From Mobula hypostoma (Eukaryota): DNA of 64,000 bases. This document shows positions 41,055 to 52,049 of this stretch, in pieces. Numbering within the stretch: the first letter of the stretch is position 1; every line of letters starts with the position of its first letter. The translations under genes were made by a program, and so were the position numbers. The notes below the pieces were generated by a model. The model made no database searches. It was not told where the DNA came from and was given only the letters and a program-made list of their open reading frames with translations. The DNA is taken from positions 229,092,001-229,156,000 of the forward strand of contig NC_086097.1 of assembly GCF_963921235.1 (NCBI RefSeq). Direction: 5' to 3'.

Positions 41055-41730
41055 AAGAGTCCATGAGCAGAGTGGGTGGGATCCTTTATGATGTTACCAG
41101 CCCTTTTCTGGCACTTTACTGTATATATGTCATTGATGGTGGGTAGGCAGGTGGGGGTGATGCATTGGGTGGTTTTGACTACCCGTTGTAGAGCATTCCT
41201 GTCTGTTACAGTGCAGTTTCCACACCAAGCAGTGATGCCGCTTGTTAGGATGCTCTCTACCGTGCATCTGTAGAATGGCGTGAGTATGAACGTGCATAGT
41301 CCAGCTCTCTTCAGCCTCCTCAGAAAGTAGAGGCATTGCTGAGCTTTCCTGACTGTATAGGCTGTGTTCTGGGACCATGAGATTGTGTGAGGTGTGCACT
41401 CCAAGGAGTTTGAAACTGCTCACAGTTTCCACTGCCAATGTTAAGAAGGGCAGGAGTGGTGCAAGTTCCCTGAATGTCGATAAACATCTCCTCTAACTTA
41501 TTGACATTGAGGAAGAGGTTATTTGCCTGGCACCAGGCCTCCAGCTCTTCCACCTCCGCTCTGTAAGCCATCTCATCTTTGTTGGTGATGAGCCCTGCCA
41601 CTGTCATGTCACCAGAAAACTTGATAAGTTGATTACTCGGGTGTTTGGCTTGTGTGAGCAGAGGGTACAGCAGTGGGCTCAGTACACAGCCCTGGGAGAC
41701 ACCGTGCTGAGAATGTTGAGGAGGAAGAAG
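41055..41730 (-). mobile_element. Second Rex1/Babar fragment
   Basis: [11 protein letters not shown] and QCLYFLRRLKRAG...FYRCTVESIL. Confidence 0.8.
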
Positions 41731-42079
41731 CCATGTATTTATTATCTGTTTGTCTGTATTGCGCATTTTTATTACAGGTTACGGGTTTGTCATGTGGGTT
41801 GGGGCGTGGTAGAAGCAAATGAGTATGGTGACACTTTGTCTTAGTTAGTTTAGTTTAGTTGAAGGAAGGTTAGAGAGGTAGCCGAGGAATGATTCGTTTT
41901 GTTGACCACTAATTACACTTATTTATGATCTTTGCTTAATTACACTAATTACTCTTATTTTGCTATATCACTGACTTGGCTTTGTTAGTTTTAAAATCGT
42001 TATAAGATCGTTCACTTTTGCTGGTTTCGTAATAAGGATCAAAAGTACTTTTTCTCGCCTTTTTTTTGACTCAATTATC

Positions 42080-42394
42080 TGGAAGGAGATGAGTTATTTA
42101 GCTCTCGTTACGTGCATCTGCAGTTCAACTCTTTGAGTGATTATGCAGAAAGTTTGAAGTTAATAACTCATCTCCTTCTACCTTAGGCCACGAACTTATC
42201 AATCACCCCTGCTGTGGACCACTTTCTGGAGGTCCAAGACACCGACTTCTACAAAGAAGGGATCCGTATGCTCCACGACCACTGGACTAAGTGTGTAAAT
42301 GTAGGAGGGGACTATGTTGAAAAATAAATGTGCTAGGTTTTCTAAAATTGATTCTTTCTACCTTAGGCCACGAACTTAACAATCACTCCTTGTA
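42080..42394 (+). mobile_element. Half copy of the same mariner-derived element
   Basis: 42211-42327 encodes AVDHFLEVQDTDFYKEGIRMLHDHWTKCVNVGGDYVEK*, a typical mariner C-terminus. It lies between two TIR copies and ends in TA. Confidence 0.85.
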
Positions 42395-42989
42395 GAATGT
42401 GGATGTGGAGAGGATGTTTCCTGTGGTGGTGGGAGAGTCCTGGACCAGAGGACACAGCCTCAGATTAGAGGGGTGTTCTTTTAGAATGGAAATGAGGAAG
42501 ATTTTCTTTAGGAAGAGAACAGTGTATCTGTGGAAATCATTGCCACAGTAGACTGTGAAGGTCATGTCTTTACGTATCGTCTATTTATGGCAGAGGTTGA
42601 TAGATTCTTGATTGGTCAGGGCATGAAGGGATAAGGGGTGAAGGCAGGAGATTGGGGCTGAAGGGGAAAATGGATTAGCCATGATGAAATGGCGGAACAG
42701 ACCCAAATGGCTTAATTCTGCTCCTATACCTTATGGTCTTATCTAGGAAATTAATCAGAATCTGAATCAGGTTTATTATCACTAACACAGGTTGTGAAAT
42801 TTGTTTTGCGGCAGTACAGTGCAATTCATAAAATGTACTATAAATTACAATCAGAATATATAAAAATAAATAAATAATGGAAAGAGCAAAATAGTGAACA
42901 GGAATTCTGCAGATGCTGGAAATTCAAGGAACATACATCAAAGTTGCTGGTGAACGCAGCAGGCCAAGCAGCATCTATAGGAAGAGGCG

Positions 42990-43027
42990 CAGTCGACGTT
43001 TCAGGCCGAGACCCTTCGTCAGGGCTA
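42990..43027 (-). ncRNA. Minimal type I hammerhead ribozyme in PLE 3' terminal repeat
   Basis: TAGCC-CTGACGA-AGG(gtctcgg)CCT-GAAACGTC^GACTG. CUGANGA and GAAA cores are intact, stem II is 3 bp, stem III is the palindrome ACGT, and stem I has one mismatch. Confidence 0.8.
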
Positions 43028-43321
43028 ACTGAAGGAAGAGTGAGTAAGGGATTTGAAAGCTGGAGAGGGAGGGGGAGATGCAAAATGATAGGAGAAGACA
43101 GGAGGGGGAGGGATAGAGCCGAGAGCTGGACAGGTGATAGGCAAAAGGGGATACGAGAGGATCATGGGACAGGAGGTCCGGGAAGAAAGACGGGGGGGGG
43201 GGTGACCCAGAGGATGGGCAAGAGGTATATTCAGAGGGACAGAGGGAGAAAAAGGAGAGTGAGAGAAAGAATGTGTGCATAAAAATGAGTAACAGATGGG
43301 GTACGAGGGGGAGGTGGGGCC

Positions 43322-46300
43322 TTAGCGGAAGTTAGAGAAGTCAGTGTTCATGCCATCAGGTTGGAGGCTACCCAGACGGAATATAAGGTGTTGTTCCTCC
43401 AACCTGAGTGTGGCTTCATCTTTACAGTAGAGGAGGCCGTGGATAGACATGTCAGAATGGGAATGGGATGTGGAATTAAAATGTGTGGCCACTGGGAGAT
43501 CCTGCTTTCTCTGGCGGACAGAGCGTAGATGTTCAGCAAAGCGGTCTCCCAGTCTGCGTCGGGTCTCACCAATATATAAAAGGCCACATCGGGAGCACTG
43601 GACGCAGTATATCACCCCGGTCGACTCACAGGTGAAGTGATGCCTCACCTGGAAGGACTGTTTGGGGCCCTGAATGGTGGTAAGGGAGGAAGTGTAAGGG
43701 CATGTGTAGCACTTGTTCCGCTTACACGGATAAGTGCCAGGAGGGAGATCAGTGGGGAGGGATGGGGGGGACGAATGGACAAGGGAGTTGTATAGGGAGC
43801 GATCCCTGCGGAATGCAGGGGGGGGGGGGAGGGAAAGATGTGCTTAGTGGTGGGATCCCGTTGGAGGTGGCGGAAGTTACGGAGAATAATATGTTGGACC
43901 TGGAGGCTGGTGGGGTGGTAGGTGAGGACCAGGGGAACCCTATTCCTAGTGGGGTGGTGGGAGGATGGAGTGAGAGCAGATGTACGTGAAATGGGGGAGA
44001 TGCGTTTAAGAGCAGAGCTGATAGTGGAGGAAGGGAAGCCCCTTTCTTTAAAAAATGAAGACATCTCCCTCGTCCTAGAATGAAAAGCCTCATCCTGAGA
44101 GCAGATGCGGCGGAGACGGAGGAATTGCGAGAAGGGGGTGGCGTTTTTGCAAGAGACAGGGTGAGAAGAGGAATAGTCCAGATAGCTGTGAGAGTCAGTA
44201 GGCTTATAGTAGACATCAGTAGATAAGCTGTCTCCAGAGACAGGGACAGAAAGATCTAGAAAGGGGAGGGAGGTGTCGGAAATGGACCAGGTAAACTTGA
44301 GGGCAGGGTGAAAGTTGGAGGCAAAGTTAATAAAGTCAACGAGTTCTGCATGCGTGCAGGAAGCAGCGCCAATGCAGTCGTCAATGTAGCGAAGGAAAAG
44401 TGGGGGACAGATACAAGAATAGGCACGGAACATAGATTGTTCCACAAACACAACAAAAAGGCAGGCATAGCTAGGACCCATACGGGTGCCCATAGCTACA
44501 CCTTTAGTTTGGAGGAAATGGGAGGAGCAAAAGGAGAAATTATTAAGAGTAAGGACTAATTCCGCTAGACGGAGCAGAGTGGTGGTAGAGGGGAACTGAT
44601 TAGGTCTGGAATCCAAAAAGAAGCGTAGAGCTTTGAGACCTTCCTGATGGGGGATGGAAGTATATAAGGACTGGACATCCATGGTGAAAATAAAGCGGTG
44701 GGGGCCAGGGAACTTAAAATCATCGAAAAGTTTAAGAGCGTGAGAAGTGTCACGAACATAGGTCGGAAGGGATTGAACAAGGGGTGATAAAACAGTGTCG
44801 AGGTATGCAGAAACGAGTTCGGTGGGGCAGGAGCAAGCTGAGACAATAGGTCGGCCAGGACAGGCAGGTTTGTGGATCTTGGGTAGGAGGTAGAAACGGG
44901 AAGTGCGGGGTGTGGGAACTATAAGGTTGGTAGCAGTGGATGGGAGATCCCCTGAGCGGATAAAGTCGGTGATAGTGTGGGAGACAATGGCCTGGTGCTC
45001 CTTAGTGGGGTCACGATCGAGGGGTAAATAAGAGGAGGTATCCGCGAGTTGTCGCTGTGCCTCGGCAAGGTAGAGGTCAGTACGCCAGACTACAACAGCA
45101 CCCCCCTTATCAGCGGGTTTAATAATAAGGTTAGGATTAGTGCGGAGGGAGTGGAGAGCAGAGCGTTCCGAAGGAGTGAGGTTGGAATGGGGACAAGGTG
45201 CAGTGAAGTCGAGACGGTTGATGTCCCGTCGGCAGTTGGCAATAAAGAGATCCAGAGCAGGCAGAAGACCAGAGCGGGGTGTCCATGAAGAAGAGGAGGG
45301 TTGAAGACGGGAGAAGGGGTCATCGGTGGGGGTGGAAGAGTCCTTGCCAAAGAAGTAGGCTCGGAGACGGAGACGGCGGAAGAAAAGTTCCGCATCATGG
45401 CGAACACGGAACTCAGTGAGGTGTGGGCGAAGGGGGACAAAGGTGAGGCCCTTACTGAGAACAGAGCGTTCTGCCTCCGACAGTTGAAGGTCAGAGGGGA
45501 TGGTAAAGACCCGGCACGGATGAGAGCTGGGATCAGAGGGGGGAGGGGGGAGGCTGGGTGTGTCAATGGAGAGGGGAGGGTTGGGGTGAGAGGAAGATGG
45601 AGCCTCTGAGGGCCCAGGAGCTGACGGTGGGATCTGAGGGAGACGGGATTGCAGAGTATTGGTGGGGGAAGGGGAGAAGGCAGTCACAACAGCAGCACAT
45701 AGAGACCCGGCCTGGAGTTCAAGGCTGGAATCTTGAGAGCTGGGATCAGAGGGGGGAGGGGGGAGGCTGGGGGTGTCAGTGGAGAGGGGAGGGTTGGGGT
45801 GAGAGGAAGATGGAGCCTCTGAGGGCCCAGGAGCTGACGGTGGGATCTGAGGAAGACGGGGCTGCGGAGTGGTGGTGGGGGAAGGGGAGATGGGAGTCAC
45901 AACAGCAGCACATAAAGACCCGGCCTGGAGTTCAAGGCTGGAGTTGCAGTTGGTGGTTGCGCAATCGCTGTGAAGGTGTCCATGGTCGTTGCTGGAGTCC
46001 GGGTTTTGAATATGTCCTGAGGTGTTGGAGCCGCCGAGATCAATGGCAGGGGCCGCAATTGAAAGTTCATGCCTGCTAGCGTCGGGGCCGGCAGGCTCTG
46101 GAGTCCGTAGATGTAAGATCTTGCGATCTTTGCCGAACATGACAAAGTCAAAAAAACGGCGATTGCAGGCGTGAATCCAACGGAGGATGAAATAACGGGT
46201 AGGACCATTACAGACGGCGAAGAAAGTGTCCCGAAGGTGTGGAAGGGTCTGGGATAGGGACACCAAGTACCTCCTCATGGCGGAGAGCGTCGCCTTCAGA

Positions 46301-46584
46301 GCTTGACGGGAGAAGCCGCGAGAGGCAGAGTCAATAAAATGTGAGTACCTGGGATCCTCAGAAGGTCCAAATTGAGAGGCTTGGAAACGAATCCTAAAGC
46401 CAACTGGAGTAAGTTGGCGACGGAGGCACGTTCCAAGAAAGGATATATGGCTGTGATAGCGAGTTTGAGTCAAAGTGTGGTCGAAAAGTTGAAGAGCCGA
46501 AGAAATTACAGATGGGGAGCAGTGAGAGGTGGTTTCACTGAACTCCCGTCGAAGAGAGGATCTAAATTTCTTCGGTGTAGGCAT
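43322..46584 (-). pseudogene. PLE polyprotein: reverse transcriptase + Cys linker + GIY-YIG endonuclease; one frameshift in G-run 43818-43829
   Basis: Motifs FYLLPKIHK, GRPIVS, TMDVQSLYTSIP, QTKGVAMGTRMGPSYA, RYIDD. After the shift: CKRNKCYTC, then VIYCVQCSRCGLLYIGETRRRLGDRFAEH. No in-frame stops on either side of the homopolymer. Confidence 0.9.
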
Positions 46585-47859
46585 CACCGGAAGAGGCTTC
46601 GCAGTAGTGAATTTAAACGCAAACAACAGGAATTCTGCAGATGCTGGAAATTCAAGCAACATACATCAAAGTTGCTGGTGAACGCAGCAGGCCAAGCAGC
46701 ATCTATAGGAAGAGGCGCAGTCGACGTTAAAATAGTGAGAAATAGCAAAATAGTGAGGTTGTTTTAATGGACCGTTCTGAAATCTGATGGCGGAGCTCAG
46801 TGTGGGTCTTCAAGCTCCTGTACCCCCTCCCTGATGAGAAGAGAGCACAATCAAAGTTCAAAGTAAACTTGTTGTCAAAGTACAGATATGTCACCATATA
46901 CAGCCCTGAGATTCAATATCCTGCAGGCATATTCAGCAAATCTACAGAATAGTAAACGTAACCGGATCAATGAAAGATCAACCAGAGTGCAGAAGACAAC
47001 ATCCTGTGCAAAGCAAATGTAAATAAATTGCAATAAATAACGAGAACATGAGATAACAAGATAAAAAGTGCTTAAAGTGAGATCATTGGTTGTGGGAACA
47101 TCTCAATGGCCAAGTGAGTGTAGTTATCCCCTTCATTCAAGAGCCTGATGGTTGTGCATGATGACAGTGCGATAGATGTATGACTTTTACACTTATATTT
47201 TTCAGCATGAAGTTTCTACAAAGTTAAACAACCTGTTTTAAAGGATATACTGTTTCATGCTTCCTTTTACAGAAATTCGTAAACTAGTGCAATGGATCTT
47301 AGTCAAAATATATTTTGTTGCCCAATTCTGAATAGAAGCTTGATAGATCTCAAGTAATATTTTGCAGAGACCAAACAGGCAGTGGATGATGCTGAGAAGT
47401 GAGCAATATAAGGGAATAAGGATGTGGTGATGAAGGTTTTCTTTTATCTAGTTGGAATCTAAACCATGAAGCACCATGAAGTTTTGCCAGCTGTGTTATT
47501 AGCTTGCGGAGTTAATGACATTGTTGTCTGCAAACACCATGAGAATCCTCACGCAGAGAGAGTTTTGGACATGGTGTTTGTTGATCTTTCAGAAATATTG
47601 TAATGTATTCATTGATGTGAAACAGAATAATCAAAAAGTGGTTGAGGTGTGTGCAATTTAAGACACTAGGTATGTCACTCTTGCTAATTTCAGCAAATAC
47701 TTTAACATTACATATTACTTCCTTCATTTACGTGTTTGGTTAAGCTCAGAGTAACTGCTGCAACAGCATTTTGGAAACCACAGATGACCCATCACACAGT
47801 ACAGTCAGAGACAACAATTTAAGTGACGAAAACTGCAAGAAAGTGTTAAAAGTCACAGA

Positions 47860-50615
47860 CTCCTACGCACTGAACCCACAGGAACAGGCCCTTCAGCCCA
47901 TCTAGTCCATCCCAAACTACAATTCTGCCTAATCCCATCAACTTGCACCTGGACCATGACCAATCCATGTACTTACCCAAACTTATTTTAGATGTTGTAA
48001 TCAAACCCACATCCAGCACTTCCACTGGCTGCTTATTCCACACTCACACCACCCTCTGAATGAAAACATTCCCCCTCAAGTTTCCCTTAAATATTTCACC
48101 TATCCACTCAAGTTCTAGTCTCACCCAACTTCAATGGAAAATGCCTGCTTGTGTTTACCCTAGCTATACCCCTCATAATTCTGCATACCTCTATCAAATC
48201 TCCCCTCATTCTCCTACACTCCAGGAAAAAAGAAGCCTTAACCTATTCAACCTACCCTACAACTCAGGTCCTGAAGTCCTGCAACATCCTTGCAAATTTT
48301 CTCTGTGCTCAACTATATACAACCAATTAAAGTTATATTACTGAGAATTTTCTAATGGCTTTGGTCATGGAAGTTAAAGGAAATAAAATTTTCTATCAGT
48401 GAGCTTTTGGCACATTGGCCTCCATAAATCAATGTATTGAGTACAGGAGTTGGGAGTTTATGTTGAAGTTGTATAAGTTGTTGGTGAGGCCTAATTTGGA
48501 GTATTGTGTGCAGTTTTGCTCACCTGCCCACAGGAAAGATGTAAATAACATTGAAAAAGTACAGAGAAGATTTACAAGGATGTTGCCAGGACCGAAGATT
48601 GAGAGGAGATTTGATAGAGGTATGCAAAATTGTGAGGGGTATGGATAGGGTAAATACAAGCAGGCTTTTTCCACTAAGGTTGGGTGGGACTAAAACCAGA
48701 GGCCATGGGTAAAGGGTGTGTGACGAGAATACACATAGATTAAGATGTTAGCTGTCCTGTGCTGGCACCAGTGGGATCAGCAGTTGGTCTGCCACCTGTC
48801 TTCAGGAAAAAGAGAGATAAGGAAAACAATGGAGCAGCATTTGGAGATGGTAATGAAGGGACAGGTTCGCTAAGGCAAGACACGACACCACGAGGTAACG
48901 AGACCCTGGAAGCGGTGCACCTCCCATAAGTCGGTGGGAAGTTTTGGAGGGCTGGTCGCGGGACCAAGCCATAGACGCACAGGGTGGAAAGGCACGATCG
49001 GCGGGAACCTGGTGTATGTGTCCGCTCTTGCCTGGGTGCCAGGTTCACCGTAGAGAAACGATTGTATCTGGAAACGGAGGGGTCACGGTCGGTGACCTCA
49101 GAAGACATCACAAAGGGCTCGCCCGAAAGCTGACTGCGAAGAATATCGAAGGTCTGTGTGGAAGCCGTTTGAATATTCATTCGTTTTGCTCTCTCTCTCC
49201 TTCCCCCCACTGTCCATCTCCCACGGCAGTGATTACTGCGAACTGAACTGAATTCAATTGAACTGAACTTTGTGTCACTTTGAAACTGGTCATTTACCCC
49301 TAGACGACGATAGCGCTTGATTGATCCTGTTGTCTTAATTCTGTGTACTTGTGTGTTTATCATTGCTGAACTGTTGCATTTATTATCCTTTTGATTAGAG
49401 TACTGTGTTGCTTGTTTCTTTAATAAAACTTTCTTAGTTCTAGTAGTCCAGACTCCAACTGAGTGATCCATTTCTGCTGGTTTGGCAACCCAGTTACGGG
49501 GTACGTAACAGGTGAAAGGTGAGAAGTTGAAGGGGAAACTTCTTTACTCAGAGGGTCATGAGAGTGTGGAATGAGCTGCCCCAGAAGTGGTGCATGCAAG
49601 CTCGATTTCAATGTTTCAGAAAAGTCTGGATAGGTACATGGATGGTAGATGTATGGATGCCTATTGTTCCAGTGCAGATCGACTGGGAGTAGGCAATGGG
49701 TCAAAGGACCTGTCTCTGTGCTGTATTTTCCTATGACTCTATTTGCACAGTTTGGTGTCTTTTGCACATTGGTTGTTGTCCATCCTGCAGTGTGGTCTTT
49801 CATCGCTTGCATTGTGTTTCTTGTATTTACTGTGATTGCCTCTCAGGGTTGTATATGGTGACAAATACTGTATGTACTTCAAAATAATTTATTATCGAAC
49901 TTTGTACAAGAGGCTGCTTAACAACAGCCCATGGTATTACAGAAAAAAACACTAGCATGGTAAAGGATTAATTGACTGGCATGAGGCAAAGAGAGGGAAT
50001 AAAGGGGGCCTATTCTGGCTGGCTGCCTCTGATTGGTGGTGTTCCATAGGGGTCAGCATTGGGACCATTTCTTTTCACAATATACGTCCATGATTTGGAT
50101 GATGGAATTAATGACTTTGTGGCCAAGTCTGCATATGATACAAAGACAGGTGGAAGGGCAGGTAGTGTTGAGGAAGCAGGGAGTCTGCAGAAGGACTTAG
50201 ACAGATAAGAAGAATGAGCCAAGAAGTAGCAGACGGAATACAGTGTAGGGTAGTGTGCGATCACGCACTTTAGTAGAAGGAATAAAGGAATAGACTACTT
50301 TCTGAACAGGGAGAAAATTCAAAAATCAGAGGTACAAAAGGACTTGGGAGTCATTGCGAAGGATGCCCTAAAGATTAACTTGCAGGTTGGGTGAGGAAGG
50401 CAAACACAATGTTAGCATTCATTTCCAGCGGACTACAATAACAGAGCAAGGATGTGATGCTGAGGCTTTATAAGGAGTTGGTCAGATCACACGAAGAGTA
50501 CTGTGAGCAATTTTGGGCCCATTATCTACGAAAAGATGTCCTGGCACTGGAGAGGGTCCACAGGAGGTTCACAAGAATGATTCTGGGAATGAAAGAGTTA
50601 ATGTATGAGGAGCAT
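47860..50615. mobile_element. Cluster of CR1 fragments (47860-48310 minus; 48400-49740 plus, split by solo LTR; 49905-50615 plus)
   Basis: LVRPNLEYCVQF and GVP.GSALGP remnants. Confidence 0.8.
48719..49510 (+). mobile_element. Solo LTR (792 bp, Gypsy-like) inserted in a CR1 3' end
   Basis: TGTGACG...CGTAACA termini. Exact 4-bp TSD GGTG (48715-48718, 49511-49514). AATAAA at 49422. CR1 sequence resumes on both sides. Confidence 0.9.
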
Positions 50616-51307
50616 TAACCCCCGGCATTGTTTTGCTCCTCTTCAAAACAATGCAATGGATCTTTTATAACTAACTCAGTTCCGATAATGCAGCTCTTAC
50701 TCAATATGACACTGGTTTGTGCATTTAATTCCATTTCCACAATCTCCTGACCTGTTCCCACTGAACGACATCCGACACGAATATCATGCTGCACTGTACT
50801 AATCACGAACAAAGAGTTTTCATCAAATAATGATAAAATTAAGTTACTTTCATTAATCTTTATGATTCAATTTTAATCAGAATTACTTGCTAAATAGAAA
50901 TTCAAACTATTGTAATATCTCACTATAATCATCTGGAGAGTTCATCAAGAATAGCAAATATTGGAAATATGAAAATAAAACAGAAAATAATGGAAACACT
51001 CTTGTCTTAAAGGTCTTTGACCTGAAATGTTAACTCTGTTGCTCTTTCAAACAGTGCTGCCTCACCTGTAGGTCTTCAGTATTTTATGTTTCTATTTTGT
51101 CGTGTGTCTTTGAGCAATACGTACAATGTAAAAAATACAAAACTGAGTATGATTTATATTTATGTTTTTCTCATGAATGCTGCTTATCCGATACTATGTA
51201 TCTGTGCCACGGCTACAAGTAAAATTTTATTCCACTTGTGCACACATCTACTCAGTCACATGACAATAAATTTGGCTCTGACTTCAAGATCATTCCATTT
51301 GATTCTT

Positions 51308-51440
51308 GGACACAAGAGATTCAGCAGATGCTGGAAATCCAGAGCAACACACACACAAATGCTGGAGGAACTCAGCAGGTCAGGCAGCATCTATGGAAAT
51401 GAATAAACAATCGACATTTCGGGCTGAGACGTCCTGATGA
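51308..51440 (-). mobile_element. Short PLE terminal-repeat insertion
   Basis: Family tail. The hammerhead is broken at stem II, followed by an inverted GTCCTGATGA. Confidence 0.75.
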
Positions 51441-51518
51441 AATCCTGCACAGATGGTGCTAGCCAGTCACAGTGACACTTTGCAGGTAGCAAACAAAATT
51501 ACTACCAATTGTACTAAA

Positions 51519-51655
51519 CATGAGGAAATCTGCAGATGCTGGAAATTCAAGCAACACAAAGTTGCTGGTGAACGCAGCAGGCCAGGCAGCATCTCTAGGA
51601 AGAGGTACAGTCGATGTTTCGGGCCGAGGCGTTCACCAGCAACTTTGATGTGTGT
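51519..51655 (-). mobile_element. Short PLE insertion with inverted terminal segment
   Basis: 16-bp TSD TACCAATTGTACTAAA (51503-51518, 51656-51671). 51629-51655 is an inverted copy of internal sequence. Confidence 0.9.
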
Positions 51656-52049
51656 TACCAATTGTACTAAATATACTTTTTCGGGACTATGATCACTACA
51701 ATCCAGAGCCTGTAAATCCCATTCGGAGGTTAGCTTTTGAACCATCTATATGGCCTGACAGTTTGTGGTATCCTGAAATATTTGGTGAATTACGCTCTTG
51801 AGAAGGCAGGTACGGCCACAGCAGTCATTGCTGGAGCAGACTTGGGGCCAGACTGAAGCCGTGGGACCCAGACCTGAGAGTAGATAACGAATCAATGTTT
51901 GGCAGACTTAAGCGCCGAGCCAGATTAAAAAGGTTAAGGCGTCAAGACCAAGAGCAGAATGTTGAGCTCACTGCTCTGGGAGGCTTTACTCACCTCAGTA
52001 CTGAACCGACTCTGCACCTGTGGCCTGCAGTTATCGACACTCATCTCAT

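Larger units (their letters stand above)
42897..46728 (-). mobile_element. Near full-length Penelope-like element (probably Neptune-type) with direct terminal repeats
   Basis: RT + GIY-YIG ORF. Direct repeat 46625-46728 matches 42897-43000. AAAATAGTG flanks both sides (42888-42896, 46729-46737). Confidence 0.95.

Noticed and set aside
48740..49471. 243-aa ORF
   Set aside because: Lies wholly within the solo LTR and has no recognisable domain.
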